Source: Klebsormidium nitens
Lineage: Eukaryota > Plantae > Klebsormidiophyceae
Length of the DNA: 64,000 nt
Reading direction: 5' to 3'
NCBI GenBank assembly: GCA_000708835.1
Contig: DF236980.1
Location: 225,999 to 289,998, forward strand
In this document: positions 12,960 through 25,474 of the stretch, one piece after another
How positions within the stretch are numbered: the stretch's first letter is position 1
How the letters are laid out: every line of letters starts with the position of its first letter
Made by a program: the position numbers and the translations under genes
Notes under the pieces: generated by a model
The model's input: the letters and a program-made list of their open reading frames with translations, nothing else
Database searches by the model: none
What the model was told of the DNA's origin: nothing

Positions 12960-14246
12960 AATTGCTTTCAAATCTTCGAAGTCTTAGATGCCGGCCATGA
13001 TGCAAACCAAGGCATTCCATACAACCAGATTCGGCTTGTTCCTCTGAACCACGATACTCTGCAATGTATCCATCTTGGGAGTGTGCTGCAAGCCCCGTGT
13101 GGACGAACAGTAAGTCACAACTCCATGTGTCCTTCTCTTGGAGTCCCGTAAAGCATACTCGTTCTGACCCCGACTCAGAGACCCGACACCCGTCGCAGAA
13201 CATACAGCACCAAACAGTCGACAATCCGGAGTGTAGGCGTGCAACTTTTGTTGGCGTGGCGAAACAGGGTTGCTGAGGAAGGCACTCCCTTCTCCTTGCA
13301 AGTCCTTCTCTTCTTCCTCCGCAGAGAGCTAGAGAAGATGGTGTCTTTCTCTGAAGACGAGTTGCAGGATCCCTCGCAATGGTGACGATCTTCTTTCGTG
13401 AGCTGATCGCCCGGAGGTACGTTACCCCCCATAGCAGATCTGAGCCGTCCGATATTCTTTATGGGACGGTTGAGATGGTGAGAAACAGAATCCAATCAAC
13501 ATTCTCCTGCGTGGCAGCTTGGTCGCGAACCTCTCGCAAACCCCGCGGACGGGCAGCGGTGCAGATACAACTTGCCGCGGCCGCGTAAACGTCACGGTAC
13601 GTCGGATCGACTCTGCCACAGCGGAACAGCGCATTGAACTTGACTCTTAACGTTCAATGATAGAGGGGGACAAGAGATTGATAAGAGATTCCCACGTACT
13701 GGGCCTGGCCTCGTTCCCGAGTAACCGTCATTCTTCCTGTCAAATGCTACAAACGCGAAGCAGCCTACGGGGGTGACGCTACGACCTGTGCCGGATGCGA
13801 GCTGCCCAGCTCATTGAATAGTGTCACTCTCGCAAAGCTCTCCAACAGTTCAACAGCCCTACTCCGCCCGCCAACACGTAGTCTGCTCGCGGCGCCTGTT
13901 CGCAGTCTGCTGGTGATCGCAAACAATAGGCGAGACCGAGCAGACGCTTGGTTCCTTCATTCTCCTTGCTCTTCCACATGGACTGAGAGGAGACCGGTCT
14001 GCTCCGACTCATCACTGTTCCTTGCGCCGGCCACACCTCATCAGGTGCAAAACCCTTCCGCATCAGAGGAGAGACCCGTCACCGGCCCCTGTCAGGTACC
14101 GTTAGCACCCGTAAGTACTCGAGCCACAATATGAGTGTTGGCCTTATAACTTGTTGGCACTAGTCAGAAGCCGGTATTAGCCAGGCCACATCACTGCATT
14201 ATTTCACATCCGACCTGGTTTCGATACAAGTACAAGGGCTCGATAG

Positions 14247-17200
14247 TCACGACTTTTCAAGTCCTGGAAGCGCTGTCACCGGTAAGTGGCCCCGGTCGTT
14301 GGCGCCGGTCAAAACCCTATAGAAGCCGGGCCACATTTTGCGCTCCTCTAGTTTCTCGGTCGCCTCCTTCAAATTCTGGCAGCCGCGCCCCAGGCGCGCC
14401 ACTTGGGCGGCGTGGGGGAGAACCGCCACCGCAGTCTCCAGCTCCTTACTGCGGGTTAAGATCAAAAGCTGAGGTTAAGCAGTTATATCTGGTCAGCGCA
14501 CTTCGATTAGGAGGTCGCACTAGGTTGTGTTCGTTTAAGAGTTCACGAATATGTGTTGAAGAATCGCCACCGCCATCTTTAGCTCCTTACTGCGGGTTAA
14601 CAAATTTGGATTACGCAGTTAATGCTCCTGGTCAGCGCACTTCGGTTAGAGGTCGCACTAAATTGTGTTCATGTTATTTGTTGACGGATGTGTGGGGAAT
14701 GACCACTACCGCCGCCAGCTTTTTACTGCGGATCAACAAAGTCGGGTTAAGCAGTTGCTCCTGGTCAGCACACTTTGGTTAGGACGTCGCAATGGTTGGG
14801 TTTCGGATTAATGGGAAGTATGTGGTTACCCTGCGTGGGGAAGGATCGCCGCCGCCGACTCCAGCTCTTTACTGCAGCTTAAGAAGTTGAGGTTAAGCAG
14901 TTGCTTCTGGTCAGCGCACTCTGTTTAGGACGTGACTCAAGGTTTTATGCATCTCTGGTTACCTACGAGTGGAGGATAACCGCCACCGCGGATTCGATCT
15001 GCTTACTGCGGGTTAGGAGAAGAAGGTTGAGCAGTGCTTGAATAGCGGACTTCGCTTAAGGGGTCGCATAAGGTTTAATCACGTGTTAGATGGAAATAAG
15101 CGGTATGCAACACGCAGGAGAGGATGCTACCGCCGTCTGCAGCTCCTTGCAGCGGGTTCGAGGGAACCGGGGTTAGGTGTTCAGTGCGGGTCGGGTGCTC
15201 AAGGACAGGCGTTCACCCTCATAAACTGCTCGAAAAGTCAAGGTGCAAGCGCTTGAGCAAGGCTAGACAAGCATCTGTTTCCGTTCAGTCGAAGTTTTGC
15301 TGGGCGACAAATTGATTGGCCACAAGAGGGAATGACCTGTTGCAAAGCACTCATAAGAAAGGACGAGCGAAAGGTATTCACTGTTACCTGATGCTCGCAA
15401 AAGATTAAAGCTCAAGAAACTTTTTCTGTAAAAGTAGAGTATGCAGGGCTCGACGAGCAGACCGTTCAGAAGATGAAGCCACGTCGGTCACATTGAAACA
15501 CGGCTTGAGATGTCACCACAGACACCGACCAAAAAAGGTCTTCGGGATTGCTCGTCTTCTCGGCTCTTTTCTGGACCTTCGAACTTCCCTAAAACGTCGA
15601 ACAGCACACTAGTGGCACCCAACAACTGTTCTCTCAAATTTGTCGACAGGCACCGTCCAATCCAGCGAAGCCTTGACGACATCCTCGCAAACCCTTGACG
15701 TCAGCGGCCTCTGGCAAGCCGCGGTCACCTGTAGGCATACGCCAGCAGCCCAAGAAAACCGTGACGTCATCCACCCGACACTCGTGACGTCAGCCGCGCT
15801 CACCTGTAGGCATACGCCAGCAGCGCAGACGCTGCACTCCCCCCGAGCAGAAGCCACGGCCCCGGCCGCCGAAAGTTGGACCGCTGCATCACGTTGTATC
15901 CCGTCACGCGCACCGCCCGCAGCGCAATTGCCTGTAATCCAAAAATGGGGTCAGATCTGCTAAATGAACAACCCCACGAAAGGTGGTCAAGGAATGATTG
16001 GAAAGGTCTCCAGGCCGCTGTACCACGTCGACCCCGTCACGCGCACCGCTCGCAGCGCAATCGCCTGCAGTGGAAAACTTGGATTTGGATCTGCTAGTCA
16101 ACAACCCAGGACAAGGGGGTTGAGAGGTGATAAGGTTGGACCCTGCAAACGTTGTACTTCGTCACGCGCACCGCCCGAAGCGCGATCGCCTGCGGTCAAA
16201 AATTTGGGTTAGACCTGCTGGTTACCAACACGGGGAACGGTGGTTAAGAGCTAGTTACACAAAGAAAGTGCTGCAGCACGTTGTACCCCGTCACGCGTAG
16301 CGCCCGCAGAGCAATCGCCTGCAATGAAAGATATGGGGTTGGATCTGCTGGTTAGCAACACCTACAAAGGTGCTTAAGAACTGGTTACACAAAGAGAGTG
16401 CTGCAGCATTCGCAGCACGTTGTACCCTGTCACCCGTACCACCCGCAAAGCGTCGCCTAAATTGAGAAACTTTGGGGCTGAGTCTGCTACTTAAGAACAC
16501 GGGAAAAGGTCGTTAAGAGGTGGTTAAAAAGTTGGACCGCTGTGTCGCGTCGTACTACGATACGCGCACTGCCCGCAGCTTGATTGCCTGCGCTCGAGGA
16601 ATGGGGTTAGATCTGCTGATGATGAGTCGGTGGTTAGTATGGTGGTTGAAAACATGATAGAGCGGCTTTGCCAGACCGCTCTATCACGTTTCACCCCGTC
16701 ACCCGCACTGCGTCCAGCTCAACGCTTGCAACAAAATCATAGGGTTAGATCCTGATCCAACAACCCCGGAAGAGGTACTCAAGAGGTCGGATCAGTCGCG
16801 GTCGGCAGGCGAGACTTCCTTTTTTTTCTTTAGGGCCCATCCAGAGCCTGGGCTGTTAGGACAATCGGAAACGTCCGTTCGACAGTACCTGGCCTCGACA
16901 AAGTATTCCGCTACTATGATGCAGACTATCTCGTGAACTTAGGTTATCGAGTCTTGGCTGTGGAATCGTGCAGATTATCGATCACAGGGACGACAGACGC
17001 ACCGCCGGCTTCTGCAATGAGCAATCGAGCCCAAAGTCAAGAATGCCAAAATGAAGGGACGCCAAATCGACTCTCCATAAGCTGACGCTATATGCGGGTC
17101 CAGACACCCCGGCACTCATCACGAAAACTGACGTCAGCAGGACATCACCCCGCCCCCTCACTTGCAACTGGTTGACTACCCCGTGCGCGACCATTCGCAT

Positions 17201-20200
17201 CTGCTCCGCGGCCGCGGCCGCTTTCGCTTTCGTCACGACCGCCGCTTTCGCCGCCGCGGCCGCCGTCTTCGGCGCCATCGCTTTCGCGGCGAGGCCCGCT
17301 TGCGCCGCACCCACCTGCGAGACAAGAAGCTGTTTTCAGGGACGCAACAATGAGCAGTTCTTCGGGAATAGCGACATCGCTTTTGCGGCAATGATCAGTT
17401 GCGCTGCCCCCCCCTCCACGACATATTCTTGATCTGAAGGTGCGCATCGCCGAAGACAGGAGCAGTTGGACAGTTTAAGAGCGTCAATGAATTGACAGCA
17501 TGTGCACGGCCTTTAAGGTAACCTCTTAGACACCACAGTGTTTGCCAATATTTTCTCCGGCAGCAATGTCACAAAGCATGATGCATACAATGAACGGATT
17601 ACTCGTTGTACAGACGTCGAGTTTCTTTGAGCAGGCCCCCCCACAACAACGATTGCGGGCTTCGAGAAATACCGGGCAAACCTCGCCACCTGCTTCCGAA
17701 CTCTCTGGTTACGTCCGTCCTCGAAAGCTCACGTGCTCAAACCTGTGCAACATCTCTTTCTTATCGATATTTATGAGCAGACAACGATCGATAACGAACA
17801 CTACAGAGCTCCTGCTTATGCAGTACCTGAAACAAAGATCGTTAAGATCGTAAACCCACCTGCGGAACAACGGCTTTCGCCACCGCCACGCCCGCGTTCC
17901 GCTTCAGCAGCGCAGCGCCCGCTTTGACCAGGTGAACCGTTTTGGGCACCGCCGAGGCGACCTTCGCTAGGGTGCCGCCCTGAGCGTAGGTCGCCCCCCC
18001 AGCAATCCCGAGCCCAGCCACGATCACCGCCATCCAGGTGTCTTTCTCTTTGGCGCGCCGCTCGGCGTCTTCCGCGGACGCAAGTTCTGGGGCGAATGGA
18101 GACGGAATGGCATGAGTTTGTGCCAGACACAGGCGCAGAGAGATTGATCATCGTTGAAGGAGACGTATTCGACGTGGACGATGAGACAGTTCCCGCCCAA
18201 GATCCTTAACACAAGCGATCCCGCTCCCTACGAAGATGTGACCGGAAAACTCAAGCAAAGCAAAAGAAGCAACTTTACTAGAAGTTGAGACTCGCCTCAA
18301 ACGAGCCCTCAAAACGGAACTACTTCTAGCCCCAAAAGACCTCTCGAGTGACTTTTTAGGAGGTAGGCAATCACGAGGTCAGAAAATTGAACCTTTAGAG
18401 TCCCGCGCTTTGCTTACCGTCGATGCTCCGCCGCAGATCCTGCGGCGTTCGGACACATTCCTCGGACCACAGCGCCACCTCCTTCGGACCGTCCGATGCC
18501 CACAGCTTCCGGATCCAAGGGAGCTGATCCACGGGAACCAGGGCGACGACGTCACCTGACGTCAGCGCCGCTTGCTGCTTGAGCGTGTGGATGAGCGTTT
18601 GTGCGTGAAGGTTGTCCGGCGAAGGATCCAGACTGGGGGCCGATTTACCTAGGACGCAGAGGAGGTTCCGAATCATGAGACACAACTTTTTCGCAAACCT
18701 GTCCATTTCGAAGTGAAGGGCAACGAAAGGAAACGTTTATACAGGCGACCATTGTCGCTCGAAGGAACAAGAGAGTGGTAAGAGAAGGCCCAAACTTGCC
18801 TGCCGAACAGGAAATTGTCGGGAGTGAAACAGTAAGGTTGCCACGAAACCAGAATTTGTCAGAAGGACTGAGGGACACAGACACAGCACAGGAAAGGCGG
18901 GCCCGGGAGCCTGAAAGGGATGCACTTTTCGGAGGGGTTTTCGACTTGCGTCACAGGTAAGGAAGCGAGGAGGGTTGGAAGACAACGAACACTTGGTTCA
19001 TTTCTGGATTGTTGATGAGAAGGGAAACAGGCATTAAATGAGGAAAAGCCAAGAAAACGGCTATGTTACAATTTTGAGATGACAGAAGAGCCTGAACCGG
19101 TGCTCATCGGAGGCTAAGCGTACCTGAGGGCTGGAACGCCGCGCTCCGCGCCACCTCGCAGTACCCCTGCCGCAGGTTTTCCACCCCCACTCGCAGCACC
19201 GTCGCGTTTGCCAGCTGTTCCTCTGCGATTGGCTCGCCCCCCGCCACGTGTCGCATCACCGCGCGCGCGTGCGAGAGAGGCCAGTCCCCCCACTCCCAAA
19301 CGCCGGGAACATTCGGCAGCGCCGTCATGAGCGTTTCGATAGCGGGGGGGAGAAACCAGGGGTGTTCCTCGGGGGGGGCCTCCGCGACCTGATCCTCGAA
19401 ATCGACTTCAGGGGGGTCGTTTCTGGGGGCCGTTTGGGGAGGGGGGAGTTTGGACGCTCGGACCGCTAAAGAGCGGACGGCGTCGTCCGTGGCGTGAGTA
19501 ACAGCCTGGAAACGCAGAGCGGCGCTGGATGTGCCGTGGGGGGTGAAGCGCTTATGCAACGCGCGGCTGAGCTGTTCCCCCCAACTCGCCTTCCCCTTCT
19601 CGGGGGGGTTCTCTTCCTCTTCGGATTGCCCCCCCAGGCTGATTGGGGGCCAAGAGAAGAAAGTGACTCCGGCGTTTTGGCGGTTGGCGGCTTCTTCGGC
19701 GGCGCTTATGTGGCGGAAAAGGTTGGAGCCGAAAAGGGAGTGGAGGAATTGGTCAGCGGCTTGGGTTTGAAACTCGTCCAAGCTGGCGGCGCCGGTGACG
19801 CATCGTTGGAGGACTTCGAAAGCGGAGGTGGGAACGCCTGGGGAAGGGATGGACACGGAGGTTAGCCTCACCCATGATCGGTCAAGCCTGTAGTTGCAAA
19901 AAGGTAGATTGACAGGTGGTCAACAGGTGGCAGAATCTGATCCAAATCGACAAGCCGAAGGAGGATGTTGGAATGCCTATGGAGATGTGACAAGGGTCCC
20001 GCTTGTACCAAGCAGCAGTTTGAGTGGAACCAAGATAGAAATTATTCTACTTAAATGGTGAGGGGGAATAAAGTAACTGGTTCGAGAGGATGGGGAAATT
20101 ATGACTCAGTCAGCGGTTTCGGAAGGGGGTAAGACGAACACTTGCGTTGAAACAAGGGTCTCGTTTCCCCAAAACAGGAGCCAAAAGAGGATCTATGCAA

Positions 20201-21238
20201 GAAGATTTGCAAGCTGATGGAGATTGTGACTGTCACAGCTTCTTATACGATGTCAGCATCTTCCAGATCCAGTGGGATCCCAATGCAAGGACCAACATGT
20301 GGTAAAGGGGTACTGGAAAGCGCTTTGCCTGTGGCAAGCAGTGCAGAAGTGCATAAACCCTGATTCAAAACTCATCAAATACAATATTTGTTGCTGCTTA
20401 CAAACCAAGAAGAACTACAGCACTCACTGAAGCAAGTCGCAAAACTCTAGTGAGTACGACCCAAAAACATGTGACGGCCCTGCAGAGCCTTAAAGTTCTT
20501 TGGTATGCAAAATGAAACAAAAGCTCAACGTACAAAAATGAAGACACGGGAAGCTTCGTTGCTCGTTGAGGTCCTTCACAGGTCTTCTCAGACCCTTGTC
20601 TCTGCACCCATGTGCATGAGGTCCTGTCTGCCAGAGGTGTCTAGTCACGCAAATGCAAGACATTGAGCCCCACCACCTGACATAAGCCCACCATTCTCTG
20701 AGGCAGAACCGCAGAATACTGCCTGCCAAAGCTTACCATGTACGATTCGCCGACTGCACCGACCAGAACTTTGGCCTGTCTAACCTGCAGCCTCACACCA
20801 GCTCAGACTGCTGCGATTGGACGTCATCTCAACCAAGACAGAACTGTAGACTCCCACTCTGCGAAGAAGACATTAGAAGCAAACGACATTCCCACCTTCC
20901 CTAGGGCCTAGTTCCGCACATGCCCTCGCCGCCTGGAACTCTGGCAGGATCCCAACATTTGCCACCACCGCCTTCGGGTTTGCCGCCCCTATCAGCTGTT
21001 CCACATCGCTCGCGCTCCGCTCTGACAGATTGAACCCCCCCAGAACATAAATGGTCGGCCCGCTGCGGCTGTCTCGGAAAGCGAGGACGCGAGCAGCGAC
21101 GTCGGGTGGAAGGTTGAGCTGTTGAATGAGCTTTGCAGAGAGGCTTAGGTCGGAGGGGTGTCTGCCGCCCCAGGCAAAGTCGAGCCACTTTTGCCAGAGG
21201 CTAGGGCTGCGGTTTTGGGGGGAGGCTTGTGCTGTCAT
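14247..21238 (-). CDS. Conserved uncharacterised streptophyte protein with hydrophobic C-terminal segments; exons 21238-20896, 20722-20677, 19887-19124, 18648-18418, 18086-17860, 17314-17162, 15931-15804, 14448-14247
   Basis: All eight exons join with matching phases. NLSERSASDVEQLI, VPTSAFEVLQRC, AEQMRMVAHGV, PWLLLGGS and VARLGRGCQNL resemble a land-plant unknown-function family I recall (NLSERSA.D.E.LI...PTSAF.VL.RC...ASLGRGIQNL). Confidence 0.8.
14449..15170 (-). repeat. Degenerate tandem array: 5 extra copies (period 134-146 bp) of the 3' splice site plus the first ~40 nt of the terminal exon
   Basis: Acceptors (plus-strand ctg) at 14449 (real), 14590, 14726, 14872 and 15006, with a mutated one near 15150. 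Units share ccaccgc...gctccttactgcgggttaa and ggtcagcgcactt. Confidence 0.9.
15696..15830 (-). repeat. 75-bp-period duplication of an exon 3' end plus donor site
   Basis: cacctgtaggcatacgccagcagc is identical at 15726-15749 and 15801-15824. Confidence 0.9.
15932..16760 (-). repeat. Degenerate tandem array: 6 extra copies (period 125-138 bp) of the 3' splice site plus the first ~50-60 nt of exon 15931-15804
   Basis: Acceptors at 15932 (real), 16065, 16190, 16319, 16457, 16588 and 16725. Units share ccgtcacgcgcaccgcccgcag..caatcgcctg and gggtt.gatctgct. Confidence 0.92.
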
Positions 21239-22518
21239 GCTGGAGTGGTTTCTAGGCAGGGCTGGTGATTCTATCGGTCTCTAGGTTGGTACAGTATGCT
21301 CCAGATATAATACTGGGCTGGTAAGGGGGTCGAGGGCACGTCAGGTGCGGAGCAGGTAGATCTTTGAATTTGGGTTTTTACTGTTAGCTTTCCTCCTAGT
21401 ACAGCGTGAGCTAATGATGAGAATTCTAGGGAATTTGCCGACTCTTTGGCAGTCAACTCAATTGATAGTGGTACCGAGTTGGTGAAATGAGGAAGCTACG
21501 GAGTTGCTTGTAGTTGCTGGCTGAGCGATCAACTAAGATCCATCGGAGCGGTATATAAGAAAGGATCGCTGCTGTTTAAGCTGGGTACGTAGAGACCTTG
21601 GTCAAGTGGCTATAAGTTTAGAGGTACGAAGAAGAACACAAAAGCCTCCCTCACAAGTATTGAAGACCTGAGTTACAACTTTGTTCAGACACGAACGGGC
21701 ACAAACCACCACCAATTGCTTGCCTTGCAATTGACAGCCCGATGACATTTACTTACTGGCATCTCGGTTCGTGCGCTCAACTACTCAGTGTTGAAACCAA
21801 CACTGCTCCTATGCGGCAATCAAACAAGAAGGCAACACCCTTTCCTCTGCGGAGCAATCATGCCTGTTGCTAATATCCAGCTCTGAATTCCCCTGTGCCA
21901 AGGAGCAGCGTTGACAAAACAACTTAACCTGCTCTATCGTTCAGGAGAAAGGTCAAATCTGCCTAAAATGTTACAAGGAATGGCGGCCATGGTCGCTCAT
22001 GATCTGCTGACTCTGCTCCTGCACGACATGAACGAATATTGTGCGCCAAACAGCACCCGTTCATGCGATGGCCACTTTCAGGGATCCCGCAGAATGAGAA
22101 TCGCGCCAGTGCCAAAACATCTGTGCGCGTTCCTGGAGCTTACCCTAGGGCCTAGACCAGTTGACTACGGTATGATCTGAGGGTTACAAATTTTGCGCGG
22201 CGATTTGCAAAGGTCGCGCAAATGTTCAAAGCGCTTTTCTTCCTCTAGCTCGTCACAGCAGCTCAGACTCGTCAGAGTCAGAAGCCTGCAATGCTGCGGA
22301 AGGCGCTTTCTTTGTTCAAAGTCTGAATGCTCTGCAGCATCCCCTTCATGTTGGATACAGTCTTTAGCTAAGCTTTGAACTTGTAAGAAAATAAGCTAAA
22401 ATAGAGGGTGGTCCCTAATCTGATTGGGAGGCAAACGCCAGAGAGTGGGGTTTGCTGCAGTCCATGTCTGGCGGAGCTGCTAATCTCAAATGCAAAGAGA
22501 GAAACATATCTTAGAGCA

Positions 22519-25474
22519 ATGAAGCTGGAGGCTATACTGCTGGCGCTGGTGCTGGCGGCCGTTGCTTTTGGCCTTCGAGTCCTGTTTGTCCTTCGGCAGT
22601 CAAGCAGGAATCGGCACGCAAAGAAGCGGAAGGCGAGCGAGCCATGCACCACCCTCATAGTTTTAGGCTCCGGTGAGTGGCAATTAACACAGGACAGTCT
22701 TCTGTTGATTAATCAATCAAAATGACCCCATCATGCCACTCGAAATCGTGCGAATCATGCGAACCCCTTGCTAGCACAGCTTGTGTGTAGCTGTACTGAG
22801 CATGCTTGGACGATGAAAAGTCAGCAAATTGTTCCCACATGCCTTGAGTAGCAGGATTGCTTAGAAAGAATCTTATGGTTTCAAGCAGGGCGCCTAAACC
22901 TGTCCTGAAGAGCATCTGTAACTTGGTTATTGAGGAAGATCAGGGGGGCAAGGTGCATTTCCTGATCGTCAACAACGCTGTGTCCCTTTCCCCTTGCTTC
23001 TCTCCTTCCTCCTAGGACTGCATCCTATAAAACCACAGCTAAGCAAGTATCCTCTGAAATTGCAGGAGGCCATACGGCTGAGATGCTGACGCTCATCGAC
23101 GCCCTCGACCGCACCCGCTACTCGCCCCGGTGGTACGTAGCCGCGAAGACCGACACAATGAGCCTGAACAGGGCTATGGCGGCAGAGGGGGCGGCAGAGC
23201 AACAGCAGGCAAAGGTGCGCCTAGAGCAACCAGGACTCTGCATTTCATTATTGGAGTAGTTTCCTCGTCATGGTGTTTCGCTTTTTAGGGGGAGGTTTCT
23301 GGTTGAAGTGTTTGATTGTAAGAATGATTAGTTAAGAAGCTCGGTGTGTGCTTTCAGTGAGTTTCAGGAGATACACCACCGCATCCTGGGCCTTGCCTGT
23401 CATGCATGCCCGTCACGCTCGTTCACTCCATTTTATCTTGCTTAAAGAGGGCGTCTACGCAACGTCATCAACCGGCCACTTTTAGCAGGGCCCAGTGCTC
23501 GGGGCATAGCCTCTGATACCAACTTCTTGGCGACAGAATACCACAAAGTCATGCTTCGATGTCGCTGTGTGATATCAGGCGTTCCGGGTTCCAAGACGCC
23601 CACTTTAATGATGCAAGGGCTATGATGCTGGCGCTGATCGCATTCCGAGTTTCTTCAGGATGCACCTATTAAGAACTGTAACTTCGAGGCTAAAACGTGA
23701 GGCGTCTTAGATGTTCTGTGTGAACGGAAAAGTGAGTGGGACTGCTCCTGGATCCAATCCAACTCGGAGAAGACGAAAGGGACCCCCTTTGGATCCATCA
23801 CTCCCTCCTGACTGGAATTGCAAAGAGCTATTTGTTGCAAGAGCGAGTCCTCATTATTTCACTGCGCACTGCGTACGCATATCCAAGTCACCTTTGACCC
23901 CTTCCGTTCGGCAGACGAGGATTCGCTTCAGGTCAGCTTGCAGCAATATGAGGTCCAATTAAAAATGCTAGAAGGTAAGATAGAAGGACCGGAATTGAGC
24001 TTTGAAGAGCAGGAGGAAACAAAAATAATCCTAAGAAAAAGGAAAGGGGGGGGGGGGCAAAAAAAAAAAGGGGGTCTGCAGGTGCGGCGGGGCCCTGCGA
24101 AGACGGCTCACTACCGGAGCATTCCGCGTAGTCGGGAGGTGGGGCAATCGTATCTGACGTCAGTCTGGACCACCCTTGTGGCGCTCTGGGCCGCGGTCGC
24201 GCTCGTCTTCCGGATACGTCCTGAGCTTGTGAGTCATCCCCTGGTTGGGCAGATTTTTCGCGATTGTACAATCAGCGGATGCTTTACTTGAAGTCTTGCC
24301 GGTTACTTCCTAAGAATATAAACATCAGCAAGTGCTTCAACTAAGTTTTAACCGTGTTGAGATTTCCGTGTGTTTCGACCCATTTGTTTGCTTGGTATAT
24401 CAGGATAACTGCTTAGGACCTAGGTATATGGGAAGCGACCAATCTGGGCGTTGGCTGTTGACTACCCTTGTGTCGGACGTAGGCAATCGTAGCTGCCCAT
24501 CAACAGGTGCTCAACATTGGTCTCCAGTGAGAGCGGGGGAAACCTATTCTGTGCGGCTGTTGAACCTTGCTCAGGATCGAGGACTTGTTTATGAGGACGC
24601 TCTGGTCGTCATTGTCTCCAGAGCGATTGTAGTAGTTGACGTGGAAGGATCCTGGTGTTGCTAAGAATTGTCGCTCCGGTTGTTGCCAGTCTTGCTCATG
24701 TTCGTCGAGAAGTCGATCACGATACCAGAAACACGTGCTGGCAAGATTCGCCGGATTTCACAGGGAATTCTCTTGCTTGTTGCATGTACTATTGTCCCTT
24801 AAGACAGCTTGATGCTCTCGTGTGGGATTTCGAAGCTTCTGCAATCCGTCCTTGGCAGCCACAGCTTCTCGCAGAGCAGTTCTTCCTTTCACTGCTGACG
24901 CGCACACATCTGCTCAATTCCACACACCTTGGTAACCCACGGACTCCTCGTAATTCGCAGATTCTCTGCAACGGCCCCGGCACGTGTCTCCCCATCTGTG
25001 TCGGCGGCTTTCTCCTCAAGGTTTGCTCTTCCCCCATTTGCTCGATTGCATCTGCTCGACGATCGTTTTTGATGATTGAGTCGAGCTGAAAATACGGGTC
25101 ATGTGCAATTGCACAGAGGCCACTCTCCTTTCGTTCACAGCTCACAGCATCGAGTTGAGTGAAAATAAGATGGAGGAGGAAACACGTCCATGCGAGTGGT
25201 CGAAGGGACCGATGATACTGCCAGTGGGTCAGTATGTGGACACTCATGTGTCCTTGATCAAGATCTCGTTTGACGTTAAACGTTTGCAATCATGCAGGTT
25301 TTTGGGCTGCGGGACGTAAAGCTTGTGTACGTCGAGAGCATCGCACGAGTGAAAAAGCTGTCTCTGACCGGCCTTATCTTCTATAGGCTCGGTTTGATGG
25401 ACCAGATCTTCGTGCAGTGGCCTTCGCTTTGCAAAAGCTATCCGAGGACAAAATATGTGGGTCGCCTGATGTAG
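22519..25474 (+). CDS. ALG14: UDP-N-acetylglucosamine transferase subunit ALG14; exons 22519-22672, 23066-23214, 24082(or 23932)-24228, 24961-25020, 25298-25474
   Basis: N-terminal TM segment, then VLGSGGHTAEM, IPRSREVGQSY, ILCNGPGTC, VYVESIARVKKLSLTG and FVQWP. Phases are consistent. Confidence 0.95.

Noticed and set aside
14449-16760. CRISPR-like or satellite interpretation of the regular repeats
   Set aside because: The context is eukaryotic, the units are degenerate along their whole length with no unique spacers, and they are demonstrably copies of adjacent splice junctions.
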